A stretch of DNA of 64,000 bases. Source: Chrysomallon squamiferum. Lineage: Eukaryota; Animalia; Mollusca. This document shows, piece after piece, positions 41,080-55,411 of this stretch. Each line of letters begins with the position of its first letter. The stretch's first letter is position 1. The stretch covers positions 7,750,001-7,814,000 of the forward strand of contig CM022669.1 in assembly GCA_012295275.1 (NCBI GenBank). Reading direction: 5' to 3'. Below the pieces are notes generated by a model. It made no database searches. It saw only the letters and a list, made by a program, of their open reading frames with translations, and was not told the DNA's origin. The position numbers were made by a program, and so were the translations under genes.

Positions 41080-41450
41080 AAGTTGGTGACAATACTGAAT
41101 GTGATATGTGAAATTGGTGACAGTGTTGAATGTGGTATGTGAAGTTAGTGACAGTATCAAATGTGATATGTGAAGTTAGTGACAATATCAAATGTGATGT
41201 GTGAAGTTGGTGACAGTGTTGAATGTGGTATCTGAAGTTAGTGACAATATCAAATGTGATATGTGAAGTTGGTGACAATATCAAATGTGATATCTGAAGT
41301 TAGTAACAATATCAAATGTGATATGTGAAGTTGGTGACAATACTGAATGTGATATGTGAAGTTGGTGACAATATCAAATGTGATATGTGAATTTAGTGAC
41401 AATATTGTGTGTGATACATGAAGCTAATGACAAAATTGAATGTGATATAT
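41080..41450. repeat. ~31-bp minisatellite (GTGAAGTTGGTGACAATATCAAATGTGATAT)
   Basis: About twelve tandem units. Confidence 0.95.
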
Positions 41451-44400
41451 ATGGTTAAAGATGTTAATGTTAGTAAGATACAAAAATGATAAAATGTAAA
41501 TGTCTGGCTGTGTGTGTGTGTGTGTGTGTGTGACACTTAGTGTTTGTATGTAATAACCAGAGGGCCTATAACTTTATCAAGTAACTGAAACCTGTTCACA
41601 TACATAATCACTATCACTAACAGGAGATATCCTCTGACCAGAATATACATAATACTTCCAAGCATAAAAATAAACACTGTCATATCTAACACTTTATTTA
41701 ATTTCACTGTTTCTGATTATGTAAAGTATAAATATGGATACATACATACATAAATATACATAAATCTACATAATACATACATAATAAATATGCACACACA
41801 CACACACACACACACACATGCACAAACATACATGCACAAACATACATGCACACACATACATACATACACATTCACGTACATACATGCACATGTACACATA
41901 CAAAATTACACACATGCATGCATAATTACGTATGCAGATATAATTCACATTCACTTCATTTCACCTATTAACATACACAGATCCTGAATACCGAGGTACG
42001 AGCATTCTCATTATTGTTATTGACACATGCATGCTCACAGTCTGGCCTGTGTGTTTTGTTTACTGTGTTAATAACTGTAAACAAGCATCCTGTCTCTGCT
42101 AGTGAAAATGTTTATTACCAAACCTCAGCGCTGGCCACTGGGACTATACTACTTTGCTACCAGAAAACATTCTCCTGGGGTTGCTGAGATTAACTAAGAG
42201 CTTGTTGGCTTGTTTTGTAAACACTCTGCTAAATGATTATAGCACAAATAAACAGGTTTGAATAGGCATTCCTTGGGGAGGATGTGTTGGATGAAATTAA
42301 GTTAGACAGTGAAATAACAGCGTGTGTTTTTGTTTTCTCTTTTTCGGTGTTGTGTCTGTGTGTGTTACACATCTACAGAGTGTATCATGTTTTTGTTTCA
42401 AGTTGTTCCTCATTACTCAGGAATGTAGGATTAACGTGTTTGTGAGATTTTGGGAGTGAATGTTGTGGTTATTGTGTATATATATGTTTGTATATCCCGC
42501 AAAGTATTATTAGTTTATTTTTTAAATCCATTACTGGTCAGTCTTTCTATCTCTTTATACCTTTCTGTTTTTTCTTTCCTTCTCTCTTTCTCATGCTTGT
42601 TGTATCTGTTGTATACTTCAAAGCATAAAATTAATCAAACCATATCATTTATTTATATCATTTCCTTTTTGAACAACCAAATGAAAACAGTACTAGTAAA
42701 TGAATGAATGAATGTTTAATGATACCCTAGCATGAAAAAAGTAACAGCTACTGGGTGTCAAAGAGAGGTAAATGTAACAAAATGGTGATTGCAATACTAG
42801 TAGCACATGCTTTAAAAGAAATTATGATTTTTTTTTTACTATATTTAACCGCTGCAGGGTTCTGCTTGCCTAGCTCTGTGTGATCCATCATAATTTACTG
42901 AATGTGGCCTGTTACAGTTTTTGAGAACAAAGTTTTTTTTACATGATCCTTAATGGCTGTGTTGAAATGTGTGTTTGAGAGCACATCTGTTTCTAGAATA
43001 TAAGCATTACACATTCTAATTAATTGTCAAATAAAAATACTTTTATTGGGAAAATCTGATCTCAGAGGAAATCCACAGACGTTAATTTAATGTCACATTG
43101 TTACCCACTCACATTAATTTCACAGTGTGCTAATTTATTGTTTGCTATATGCATGTGTATATGCTTGTGTGTGTGTGTGTGTGTGTCTGTGTGTGTGTTT
43201 CTGTGTGTGTCTGTGACTATGTGTGTCTGTGTGTGTCAGTATCTGTGTGTGAATATAAAATATTTTTTTGTTGTCCTTTCACCATACACTGTGGATTCTT
43301 CCTGTCTCATGATAGTGGAAAAAATAACACATTTATGTATTTAATATCAGGATTCTCCTATGATACACAGCAGTTAAATAACAAGTATTTATGTTGTCTT
43401 GTTAGAATGTAAACAGTCAGCTGTTGTCACAGGTGTTGACATGGAAATCACACAGTGTCCCTATGTTCATGTCTTTTGACTTTGTAAACTGCTGTAATAT
43501 AACTCAGTAAGCTAAAAATCTCTCTGATTATGTGTGTCTATATGTTCTTATATATATATATATATATATATTATTAAAGCATATATATATATATATATAT
43601 GTTTGAATGTATGTCTGTATCTTTGTATATATGTATATGTTTCTGTGTGTACAAGTGTGTGTATGTACACCTGATATTCTAAACATCAAATGTGTATGAT
43701 AACTGTTCTGTATATTTATACAGAAGTGTATGTACAGATGTAAATGGCCAGACAGAGAGAACATTTCCTGGTTATATTTGTTTCTAATTGAGTGAGACTG
43801 ACACTCAAATCAAAGTAGATAGGTCCTGTTGAGCTGTAAATCCTCTTTACATCTTTCCTGTACATTCACTGTTGTGTTACAGTAACCTGAAGGTAAAGCT
43901 TGATTTTACTCCATTTTAACATTCCACATCCTGGGTTTTTCATAATTTTATTTTATTTTTATATATATTTATATTTTAAATATTAATACTTAATAATTTT
44001 TTAAAATAATAATAATAATAATAATAAATGATGATGGTAAAAAGTTATAGTAGTAGTAGTAGTAATAATAACAACAGTAGTATTAGTGGGGGTGGTGGTG
44101 GAAACAGTAATAATAGTAGTAGTAGTAATGGTAGTAGTAGTAGTTGTTGTTGTTTTAATTGTATTAGTATTAGTAATAGTAATACTAGTACTAGAGTTAC
44201 ATCAATTTTAGAAGTAGTAATAGTACTACTAGTAGTAGTAGTTATTGTAGGAGTAAGAGATGTGGTAGTAGCAGTAGTCGTAGTGGTGGTGATAGTAATA
44301 ATACAAATAGCAGTAACAAGAATAATAATAATGATTCAGCTGTTGTACATGTTACACATTTATATTGTTTTCAAGATATTTAGTTTTCAATACATTTTAC

Positions 44401-46434
44401 ATATTTATATTGTGTTCATGTTTTACAAACACTGATGGATGTCTAAAGCATAAACATTTAAATTGTTATCTGTAATTATTATTATTGCAAGTATTATAAA
44501 AGCAGTAGATTAATGTTATTTGATACAACATAAAATAGAGGACTGCCAGTTCAGTACTCAGTTCTGGCTTGACAACAGATGTCTCTTCAGCTATTTAAAA
44601 TTATTTATTGTGTTTATTGCATAAAACCAATACTTTGATGTCATTTCACTTAGCTATTACAATTTGTACTGTATTTGCTTTTGGTTTGTTCAGCTATTTG
44701 AAATGATAAAATATTGTTATTATTTAAAAGCTACACTTTGATGTAATTTGACAACTTTACAGGTAATGTAGAAAAACAAGATGGTTTACGTGTGTTTTTT
44801 CAGCTGTTGATGGTAAAACATTGTTACATAAATATGTGATGTGGTGAAATATTAAACAGCTTATCGAAAATCATCTTTTTGTTTAATACTGTTATGTATA
44901 TACAGCATTAAGAACACGAAACCCAATCATCTTTTGTCATATTATTAAATTAGTACAGTGATGCCATTTCATTTAACTGAATGCTAATACTCTATGACTG
45001 GTTTTGGCTTTATCTATATCTGTCTGTTCAGTTAATAATGTTAAAATTAAAGATTAATCATTGTTTTTCTTTGAATTCTAAAGTCAATACCATGATGTCA
45101 TCTGATCATCTGATCAACGAGAATGCCAAAAATTTGTTCATCTATTTGTTTTGGCTTATATGTAATCTGATCAGTTACTTGCAATAATTAAATGTGTAAT
45201 ATATATATATATATATATATGTGTGTGTATATATATATATATATACACATATATAAATATTTTAATTTTTTTTGAATATAGTATTATATTATTATACAAA
45301 TATAGTTTTGCTCTTTCATCTAACTGAATATTCATAGCCTGTTCATTGTTTGCCCTTGGCCTGATATGTGTGTGTTCATGTTTTTTTTTTTAATATTTTA
45401 AATTTAAATACAAATAAATGAATTTCTTCAGTAGTAAAGCCAGCACAGTGGTGTCATCTGATCATCTGACACTTCCTTTTGTGTGTGTGTTAAATTTATA
45501 AAACTCTATTTATTTGGACTGTAAAAGTCAGCAGTGGATTAATGTAACATTAACACTTTGTTCAGTGCCTTCATCTTGCTTGTTTCGGTGTTTGTAAGTG
45601 GAAAAATATTCTCTTGTATGACAAACACTGTTTAGAAATGGTAAGACATAATATATTAGAATAGAAATATTATATCACACACACACACATCTACTCATGG
45701 ATATATATATCCTTAACTACATACATACATATAAACCTACATATGTATACACATACATGCATACATACTTATCTATATATATCTATATATACATATATAT
45801 ATACATACATGCATACATACATATATATTCTACCTATCCACACACATACATACATACACATATATATATATATGCTAGTTAAATATGACATTATTTGATC
45901 TAAAAGAAGAAAGTTGTTCAATACTGTTGCTTGACTTTAAACATGTTTATCTGTTTATAAATATAAAATATTCTGTTAATAAGCTAAATGTATTTCATCT
46001 AAGAAAATGCTAACTATGTCCTGACTTTATACTTGTCTGTTAAACTGCTCATAAAAATATTAAAAATCTGTATGTAAGAAAAAAGCTGAACATTACTTGC
46101 AGTTTGGTGTGTGTGAGTATAAAACACTAATGTCAGAAATGTCAGTTAATGAACTGTTTTGGCCTTCAACATCAAAGTGACAACAGGTGTTTCTGAGTTT
46201 AACTCTTCTTGTTCAGATCTTTTATATTTTTATAATTCTGAGAGTGCATGAGTGCAGTTGACATTTCTTTTTTGTTGATGATGTTGACATGTTCTTTTAT
46301 ATAGCACTTTGTGTTGTGTTGTTATCATTTATCTTCTTCTTCTTCTTCTTATTATTATTATTATTAATATACAAAAAATGCAAATTGAAAAATCGATATA
46401 TTGAATTGTTTATTATTGTTTTGTTTTATTTCAG

Positions 46435-46540
46435 GAGCCTGCTGTCCCACAGAGGCAGCTAGCCTACATGCAACATCCTTTCTTCATGCTGGATGTCCAT
46501 CTGCAGGAAGGCTGTGACCTTGTCATAAGAGACAGTTGTG
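46435..46540 (+). CDS. MCTP1: MCTP constant exon 1, start of C2A (EPAVPQRQLAYMQHPFFMLDVHLQEGCDLVIRDSC-G)
   Basis: ttttatttcAG| acceptor phase 0; G|GTAAGC donor phase 1. C2 first strand and loop-1 Asp. Not in the ORF track. Confidence 0.93.
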
Positions 46541-46634
46541 GTAAGCAGACAATTTTGGAATGAGAAAAAAAACAAAGAAAGAAACAGTCAGAGAATGTGT
46601 GAATGTGTGTGTTTGGGTGAGTGGGTCTGTGTGG

Positions 46635-46691
<57 letters not shown>

Positions 46692-47413
46692 GTGTGTGTG
46701 TGTTCTTTCATATAGTAAGCAAGGATGATCACCAAATACTATTTTTTAAGAGGCCTAATGATGACATTACACCATACCTTTGACATTGTGTGGTTGTTTG
46801 TAACACTAGCAGGAAGTGCTCTTTTATATACACCTACCTGTAGACAGGGCAGCATGTACCATTGTTCTTAAATCACTTCATACAGAAATCACAGAGCTTT
46901 GGCTGGTATACAAAATAGTTCAAATAATGTATCAGTGTGGACTGATCTTGTAACCCATTATGTAATGTATTATGTGTGTTAATTGTATGTGAGTGTATGT
47001 GTTTGTGAGTACATGTGTGTGTGTGTATTTGTGTTTTGGTGTGTCTGGTCTGTCTATCTCTTGGTGTATGTGTTTGTGTGTGGTTATTGTTCCATATATG
47101 TGTAAGTTTGTTTAGTAGAGTATATATAAACTATTAATAGAATATTAATAATATACAAAATAAAAAAATCAGTAATTATTTATTATTATAAACAGAATTA
47201 AATACAAGTAAAAAAAAAAATTAAATGAATAAAACAAAAATAAAACCTCTTTGGTTGATTTGATTTTTGATATTTTTAACTGCATAAGTTCATAAAGTTT
47301 GATTTTTATTATTCAGTAACCTTAAAGACTAATTTCAAATGAAATTTTACACTTTAAAGTTTAAATTCTAAATTCTATATTATTTTAATCAAATAAACAA
47401 ACAAACAAACAAA

Positions 47414-47448
<35 letters not shown>

Positions 47449-47844
47449 ATGTCTCCATTATTAACTTTGTCCAGTATTAATCTGTTTTGATTTTATTAAC
47501 ATATCCTGAATTACATGCTCACATTTTTATTGACTATTTCTGACACTCCAAATGTGTTTTAGACAAAATAAATATATAAATATTCCATTGCTTTAAATGT
47601 ACTGCATCATGCTAGTGGGTGAAGAATGCCTTGCCATATTTTAATAATTAATGTTATTACCTGATAGTTTTGTAATGATGATAATTGAGTAAATTAAGCC
47701 ATTAACAGCACTCTTACTAATGACTACCACAGGAATTTCTATACTTACCTTCCCAAATATATATATATATATACACACACACATATACACACACATACAT
47801 ACATACATATATATGTGTGTGTGTGTATATAATATAAACTAATC

Positions 47845-47887
<43 letters not shown>

Positions 47888-48324
47888 TAATAATAAAAAC
47901 CTTCACAAATAAAACATTAGCATTTCTTTTAACTTTGAATGAGTTCACTGAAGAAGATTGATCTTATAACCCATCAGACATCAGATGATTGTTAAAACAA
48001 GCAATTTTTTTTTACACATGAAGCATATGATCTAACCAACAAAGCTAGGTATTGAGTTGTTGTAGTGGTTGACTGTTGGTTCACCAGGCGGGCAATCACA
48101 TTACTACAAGCTGCAAGGTTGATCTTCCTATAAATCTTAGTTCATCAGTGGAAGATAACAAAGTGAGGACAATCTGTTTTGTCCTGGGATACATGTCTGA
48201 ATCTGTCCTCTCACACAGACATGTATATTTATGGTAATGGAACTAATTCTAAGCTGTGTTTCCAAGGTCAGATTCCTTGCTGTAGGCTTAATCCTCTTTT
48301 ATTTGTTGACAATACGGATACATG

Positions 48325-48892
48325 ATGTAATGGTGCTTGAAATATGAAATGATTATTTGTGAAATGTAAAATATGAAGTAATGATGTTTGAAATATGAAA
48401 TAATGGTGCTTGACATATGAAGTAATGGTGTTTGAAATGTGAAATAATGGTGTTTGAAATAAAAAGCAGTAATGTTGTAAATGTGAAGTGGTGATGTTTT
48501 AAATTAGAAGTGATGATCTTTGAAATACGAAGTGGTGATGTTTGAAATAAGAAGTAATGATGTTTGAAATATGAAGTGATGGTGTTTGAAATATGAAGTG
48601 ATTGTGTTTGAAATAAGAAGTGATGATGTTTGAAATTAGAAGGAGTGATCCTTGAAATAAGAAGAATTGATGTTTTAAAAATGTAGTAATGATGTTTGAA
48701 ATAAGAAGTGATGGTGTTTGAAATATGATGTGATGGTGTTTGAAATAAGAAGTGATGATGTTTGAAATTAGAAGGAGTGATGCTTGAAATATGAAGTAAT
48801 GGTGTTTGAATATGAAGTAATGAAGTTTGAAATAAGAAATAATGGTGTTTAAAATAAGTGATTAAGTCTGAAATATGAAGTGATGATGTTTG
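48325..48892. repeat. ~22-bp minisatellite (TTTGAAATATGAAGTGATGGTG)
   Basis: More than twenty degenerate tandem units. Confidence 0.93.
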
Positions 48893-49575
48893 ATTATCAG
48901 AAGTCTTTTGTGCAATTTTTTTGTATTCGGCAATATGTAATACTGCTTAAACAAATATAGCAATGAAACATATCAAAATGAAACAGATATCACAGCAATG
49001 AAACACATATTGTACATTTTATGTATCATGTAATATTAGAGAGGAAACCTGAAACTTCAAGAAATGGAATTTATTTTTTTGTTAAATTAAAAAACCCCAG
49101 ACTTTTAACAATAATAGGATAGCACATAGCGTAATCTTTAATTAACCAGTCATTTCTCATTGAAATGTGAAATATATTTTAGCTAAGTATGTTTTCACAT
49201 ATAAATATATATGTGGTGTTTAATCTTTTATTTGCACACACCAGTTTGTTTCTAAGATCACTAATACATACAAGTCCCTTGGTCTGTAGTGCAGTCTGTA
49301 GCAGGTTTTTCTAATGTCAACTTGATTATCTGTTTGTGTACAGTTCCTCCTGATTTCACTCCACACACCAATCTGGAAATAATTACTCAATTTTCATTCA
49401 TGTGGAAGCAGGTATTAATTTCTGATGCTGATGTGTTTGTGGTGAGGCAGATTGTCCAGTGTGAGTCTATAATAGTTATAAACACTGAAATACACAGACA
49501 CAGACAGACGAATGGATGCATGCACACATACTTATTTATTTTTTATTTATTTATTTATTTTTTATGATTATTATT

Positions 49576-49606
<31 letters not shown>

Positions 49607-51117
49607 GATGAGGTGTTATTACATATTTATTCATTTGTTAATATACAAACAAATGCATACATATATAAAATATGAAATATGTCTATCATGGACAACACCA
49701 TATATATATATATATATACACATACCCTAAATTCTAACTGACAAGTTTATGTATATTTGATAAATGTGTATATTTACATGTGTTTGTCTCAGGAAAGCAT
49801 AGATCACAGCCATCAGTAACCACATTTAAGGCTCTAGTTGCTTCTGGAAATAAATGCCTTAAATCTAAGCTACAGCCATATCCCTGTTTCAAGTGATAGG
49901 CAGACCTTGCCAATAACTGTGGATTTTCTATGGGCTAAGTAATATGATTTATCTCAGTGAAAAACGCAGGCTTGAGAAATAATTAGTTGCAGGGTGAATC
50001 TTCCTTGGTTCTTATTTCCTGATCGAGTCAGTGTTTCATGATTACTTTATCAAAGGTTTGTGCTTTTCTGTAAAAAAGTACATATAAACTACCTTTTTCT
50101 GCTGATTTTAAGAGAATAACCCAGTGCATGAATCTTTGCGTTCTGGTTGTGTGTTCCTTAACTCACCAATATAACTGTAGCTTACAACAGTGTTGAGTGC
50201 TCTGTCAAAATAAAACATTTATTTCTTCCTTCCTATAGGCCTGGATTTCCATTCACTGATGTTTTAGAGCTGATAAATAATTTACGACTTATTTTTAGGT
50301 TTTATTTAGATTCATCAACAATACATTCAGACCTGATTGCTTGTTAAGAAAATCTTTAATTATTCATATTATAAAATTATGTTACACTCTTTATGATTGC
50401 AGGTGTAAAGTAAATTTATCTTTTTCAGATTGGAGACAGAACAAAAAAAAAAAATGTAATTTTAAGTACTTCTGTCATAGTGTTAAAAATTAATTTTGTT
50501 AATTTTAACACATGTTTTTCATTTGCAAATGATTGTGTGAGCCCTTCCTTACATATTAAATACACAACATGTAAAGACTACAGCTTAAAATAAAGGTTTA
50601 TCTTAATATCTATAATTTTATTCAAAATTTGAATCATTTCCATTCGAAACTGCTTTGAGGTACAGATTTAGCCATTCCACCTTTCTACCTATCTTCCAGG
50701 AATCATGTTTCAAAGCTTTCCTGTTTATTTACATGCAAAAGATCTCAATTTGCATTTAAACAAATAGTTGTTTATTTTTAATGGAGTAAGGTGTCAAGCA
50801 CATTTATTTACTTTATTTAAGTATTTATTTATTTATGTGCTGTTAAGCATTTAGTTTTCTTACTTATTAATTTTGATTAAGTTAACAACTTAGTTATCTG
50901 TCTGTCTGTGTATCTGTCTATGTATCTGTCTATGTATCAGACTATCTGTCTGTGTTTCTGTCTGTCTGTCTGTCTGTCTATCTATATGTTTGTCTCTCTA
51001 TCTAACTACCAACCTACCTATCTTCTGTCTGTTTGTATGTATGTCTGTCTACGTATCTATATCTGTTTACTCAGTCTATCTCTGTCTATTGAATGATAGA
51101 TTGATTGATTGATAGAT

Positions 51118-51164
<47 letters not shown>

Positions 51165-51175
51165 TTTTATTTCAG

Positions 51176-51398
51176 GAACCAGTGATCCCTATGTCAAATT
51201 CAAGATTGGGGGCAAACAAGTTTACAGAAGTCGGACAGTTCATAAAAACTTGAATCCCAAATGGGATGAGACATTTACAATCCCCATTGAGGACATTTAC
51301 AAACCTGTGCAGGTCAAAGTGTATGACTATGATCGGGGAATGTACGATGACCCCATGGGGTCAGCTGAAATTGAGCTCACCTCGCTGGAACTGGGAAA
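51176..51398 (+). CDS. MCTP1: MCTP exon, C2A core (GTSDPYVKFKIGG...VYDYDRGMYDDPMGSAEIELTSLELG)
   Basis: tttcAG| acceptor phase 1; AA|GTAAGT donor phase 2. Canonical C2 motifs SDPYV, LNPKWDETF, VYDYD. Confidence 0.96.
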
Positions 51399-54300
51399 GT
51401 AAGTGTAATGATTCATTTCTGCAAGAAGAAAGAAACATTTAATGACACACAAAACATTTAGAGTTATAGTCAAAATGTGGAGAAATTAATTTAATTTTAG
51501 AAAATAAGATTATTAGCAAGCTTTTTCTTTAAGACAAATATTTATTTTGGTTTAACAACACACAAATCATTTCTAGTCTGGTCACAAGTCTTTATATATA
51601 CTTAGTTATAGTCAAAAAAGTGAAGAAATTAATTTAATTTTTGAAATAAGATTTATAACAAGGTTTTCAAAAAAACTAATATTTATCTTATCTTTGATTT
51701 ATTTGTTTTCATTTGGTTGATTATTGTGGTTTTTAAATATACATCTGTTAATTCTGATATTAAACATTTATTTCATTGTTTGTATATATATATATATATT
51801 TTTTTTTTTCATGATTATAATACTATTCATTTTATGAACTTCATATTTAGTTAGATTTCATCTCCTTTGTATGCTTGTGTGAATATGTATATGAATATTT
51901 ATATCTATGTCTGTTGTTTTTTAAATTATCATTTTTTTGCAATTGTGTCTTGTTTTTAAATTATTTAAAAAATGCATTTGACATTATTAAACAGTAATGG
52001 TTTTGGGAGGGTTTCTTGTTCAATTTTTGTTGTTATATTATTTTTATTTCTATTTTTTTTATTATTATTTTTAATTTTTTTTTTTTTTTTTTTTTTAAAT
52101 TAATTTTTAAAGAAGGAAAAAACAAGAAAAAGAAAAGAACTCTATTATATTAAAGTTTGTCACTTTTTCAATCAATTCCAATTTCCTGTGATGAATCATT
52201 TTTCAGATATCTGTGTTATTTATTAATTTTGTTTATATAAAACATTTCTACTGACAGGCAAGCTTTATAACATGAACTGGGAAGGGATTTTTAATAAAAA
52301 ATTTGTTCATTTCTTTTTTTTCTTTCTTGGTACATTTTTCTTTCTTAATGTCTTTTTTTTTTCATTTTATTTCTTATTCTCTTCTTTAGGAATTTTTATA
52401 TATATATATATGTATGTATCTTTATGTATGGAATTATTTTTTCCATACATTATATATTTAAAATACTTTATTTTTTAAGTGTTTGAAATTCTAAACAAAG
52501 CACTCTTTCCATGCACCTAATTTCTAAAATTAAAATATATTTTTAATAACACACCATGATATGAGAATATTTCTTGTTAGACAGCAATTTCTGTTTTGTC
52601 AATATAACATTCCATCACACAGATTATCACCATCTTGAATGTTTTACTTCCAAAATCCACAGTATCATCCTTTAACTTTTCAATCTGTTACAAAAATAAT
52701 TAACCACTAACTTTCCAACAAGTCCAGTAGAATTACCATTAACCTTGAACAGGTGGCAATAGAAGTTGTTATGTTACTTCTGGCTGGGAGTGGGGAATCA
52801 CCAGATTTGGACAAAATTTGACCACAAGAAATACTCAGATTTGCATAAAGATGATCTCTGGGGTCCTTTATCTCCGAAACAGTCAATCCTGGATTCCATT
52901 GTCACTTACTGGACTAAACATGTCAAATTTGTGTTCAGCATTTCAGATTCGAAATCAATAATAACATTTGTAAACCATTATATTTATGTTAGAAAAATCA
53001 GCAAGCTTGTACTGTGTCAGTCACAAAAAAAAAAAACCAACATTTTTAAACCTAAGTCAATGAAAAGCAGTGAAAAGACAAATTATGATGCAGTATATTA
53101 TAATCTTAGGATTTATTATCTTAGAAAGATTAAAAGAGGTCAGTGACCTTCCAGAATGTTAATCTGAACTTAATCCTGGACTGAAATTCCTACAACAGCT
53201 TGCTTCAACATAAAAGATCAAATGGAATATAATCATAACAATGATAATAATAATAATGTTTTGAACATGCCAGCAAGAGTTACTGTTCTAAACTCAGTCT
53301 TTATAGAAATTTTGTTCTAGCAGTGTCAGAGACAAGATTGATCATTCTGTTGAGAACATGGGTACCTGTAATGTACTCTGATACGTTGTTGTATATTGAT
53401 TTCACAGTCAGTGTTGTTCTCTGTTACCTAGACTGGGAAGAAGCTAATTGATTAAACACAGGAAATCAAATAGCAATTCATTAAAAACTGGAATTGATGC
53501 TGTCTGTATAATTTTTCAGCATTTTTACCCAGTTTATCTCTCTTATTAGTATTATTATTATTTTGTCACTGTCTGTGCTCTTCTGTCTTTTTTCCTCTGT
53601 TTTTCTGTCTCTTTGAGCTCTGTCCTATTTGAACCAGTATCTGCAACTAGTATATAAAAGGCTGTGACATCTATATTTTTTGTCTATATGAAGGTGGTTA
53701 TAAAAGGTTTATTTTAAAATAAATCTATGGAATCACAGCAAGAGATTTTGTTAAAGTTTTTATTTATTTTTTTTTTATTTTTTTTTTTGTTTCCCTTAAA
53801 TCATTATCATCTGATAATTTTTCTTTCTGTTAATGTCAAACACAATTTAAAAAAAATTTTTTTTTATAAATCTGTGCTGACCTTGTAAATATTCTGTTTT
53901 CTGTTTGACTGTTTATCAAAGCTTTTACAGTTTCTGTTCCAATCCTGTCTCAAGAAAACAAAATAATTAATTATTCCTCGAAGAATGGCGAGCTGTCGTT
54001 TTTTGTTTTCTTCTTGATACTGCATGCTGAACTTATTACTGTTTTTAACCTACAAACATCAAAGTAAGTCAACAGGCATGCTTTGTACCTTGTTGCTAAC
54101 TTTATTGATTTTTTTCCAAAAACCTTTGGGAGTGTGGTAAATTTTTCCTAGGAAACTAACAGCCCACATTCACACGTTTGCGAGCAATTTCTTAACTGTC
54201 CTGTCACCCATAATTAAGCTTTGAGCATATTAATTAGTTGTTTAGTTCTACTTTTGCGTTTATGTTATTATTTAACTGTCTCAGGAGATGAGTGTTGCTG

Positions 54301-54631
54301 AGACGTATTTCAGTGTAATTGATTTCAGCATGCTAGTGGTGTTTTTAGACCAGAGCTTGTTAAATAGCTGGGAGGTTGCATTCTAACAGGAGTTAAATAC
54401 AAAACTTGACTTCAACACTGAAATTATCAAGTCTGTTTTTTATAACAGTGATAATAATTAACAGAAAGAAATGTCTGAGGTGTTTTTGGGGGGGGGTGTG
54501 TGTGTGTGTTTGTGTGCATTTAACACTGAATTTATCAAGTCTTTTTTTTATATATATATATATATAGCAATGATATTAAGGAAAAGAAATTGTGTGTGTA
54601 TTGTGTGAATGTGTGTTTCTTCATACCTATA

Positions 54632-54682
<51 letters not shown>

Positions 54683-55084
54683 TTTACTTAAGTTTCAGTT
54701 ATTTTTATTTCTATTTTTTATTAGAATTATTCTACATTATTAAGTGTGATTTACAAGATGAATCTGGTAAATGTTTGAAATGAAACAAATTTGTAATAAA
54801 TCTCCAAACAGTCATTATTATGTACACATATTAGACAAAACTGCAGCTTACAGTTTATAGATGTGTTCATGTGTCATACTTACAAGCCAAGTTTTAATTA
54901 AAAATAAATAGCAAATATAAATAAATAAATAAATAAATAAACAAATAAATAAATAAAATCAACAACAGCCAAGCAATGATTGTGACAAGACAGTTGTAAC
55001 TTGAAGCTGAAATTTGTGCTTACATTGTTGTTGTTGTTTTTTTCGTTGTCTTGGTAAATTTTATTTTTTATTTTAAAATTTCAG

Positions 55085-55193
55085 CCCGACAGAGATGAAA
55101 CTGCAGCTGAGTGACAGAGGGAAGTCAGATTACATGGGATACCTGCTCATCACCTGCACACTTTTACCAAAATCACAGGAGGACAAGGAAAAT
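55085..55193 (+). CDS. MCTP1: MCTP exon, end of C2A/linker (N-PTEMKLQLSDRGKSDYMGYLLITCTLLPKSQEDKEN)
   Basis: tttcAG| acceptor phase 2; AAT|GTAAGT donor phase 0. Confidence 0.92.
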
Positions 55194-55380
55194 GTAAGTA
55201 TGTCTGTCTTTATCTACTCCTTTCTGCTTTCAGTCCTGTCCCTCGGTCTGTTAAATATGTCTGTGATTATAAAAAGCACATGTATATTTCTGGGTGTTTT
55301 TAAAAAAACATTTAAACTTATGAGGCCATTTATCAATATGATTAAAAAGAACAAACAAATATGCATGGCAAAGTGTGTGT

Positions 55381-55411
<31 letters not shown>

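Noticed and set aside
12245-41450. Possible long-range pairing between the 12.2-12.8 kb and 41.1-41.4 kb minisatellites
   Set aside because: They share only an ~8-nt complementary word (atatcaca/tgtgatat); the units are otherwise unrelated.
19589-46860. Faint SINE-like remnants at ~19590-19655 and ~46806-46860
   Set aside because: Resemblance is from memory and too decayed; no Pol III boxes or target-site duplications seen. It needs a repeat-library search.
51460-54590. Small local duplications (~51462/51604 and ~54414/54522)
   Set aside because: Real but ordinary intronic tandem duplications with no functional signal.
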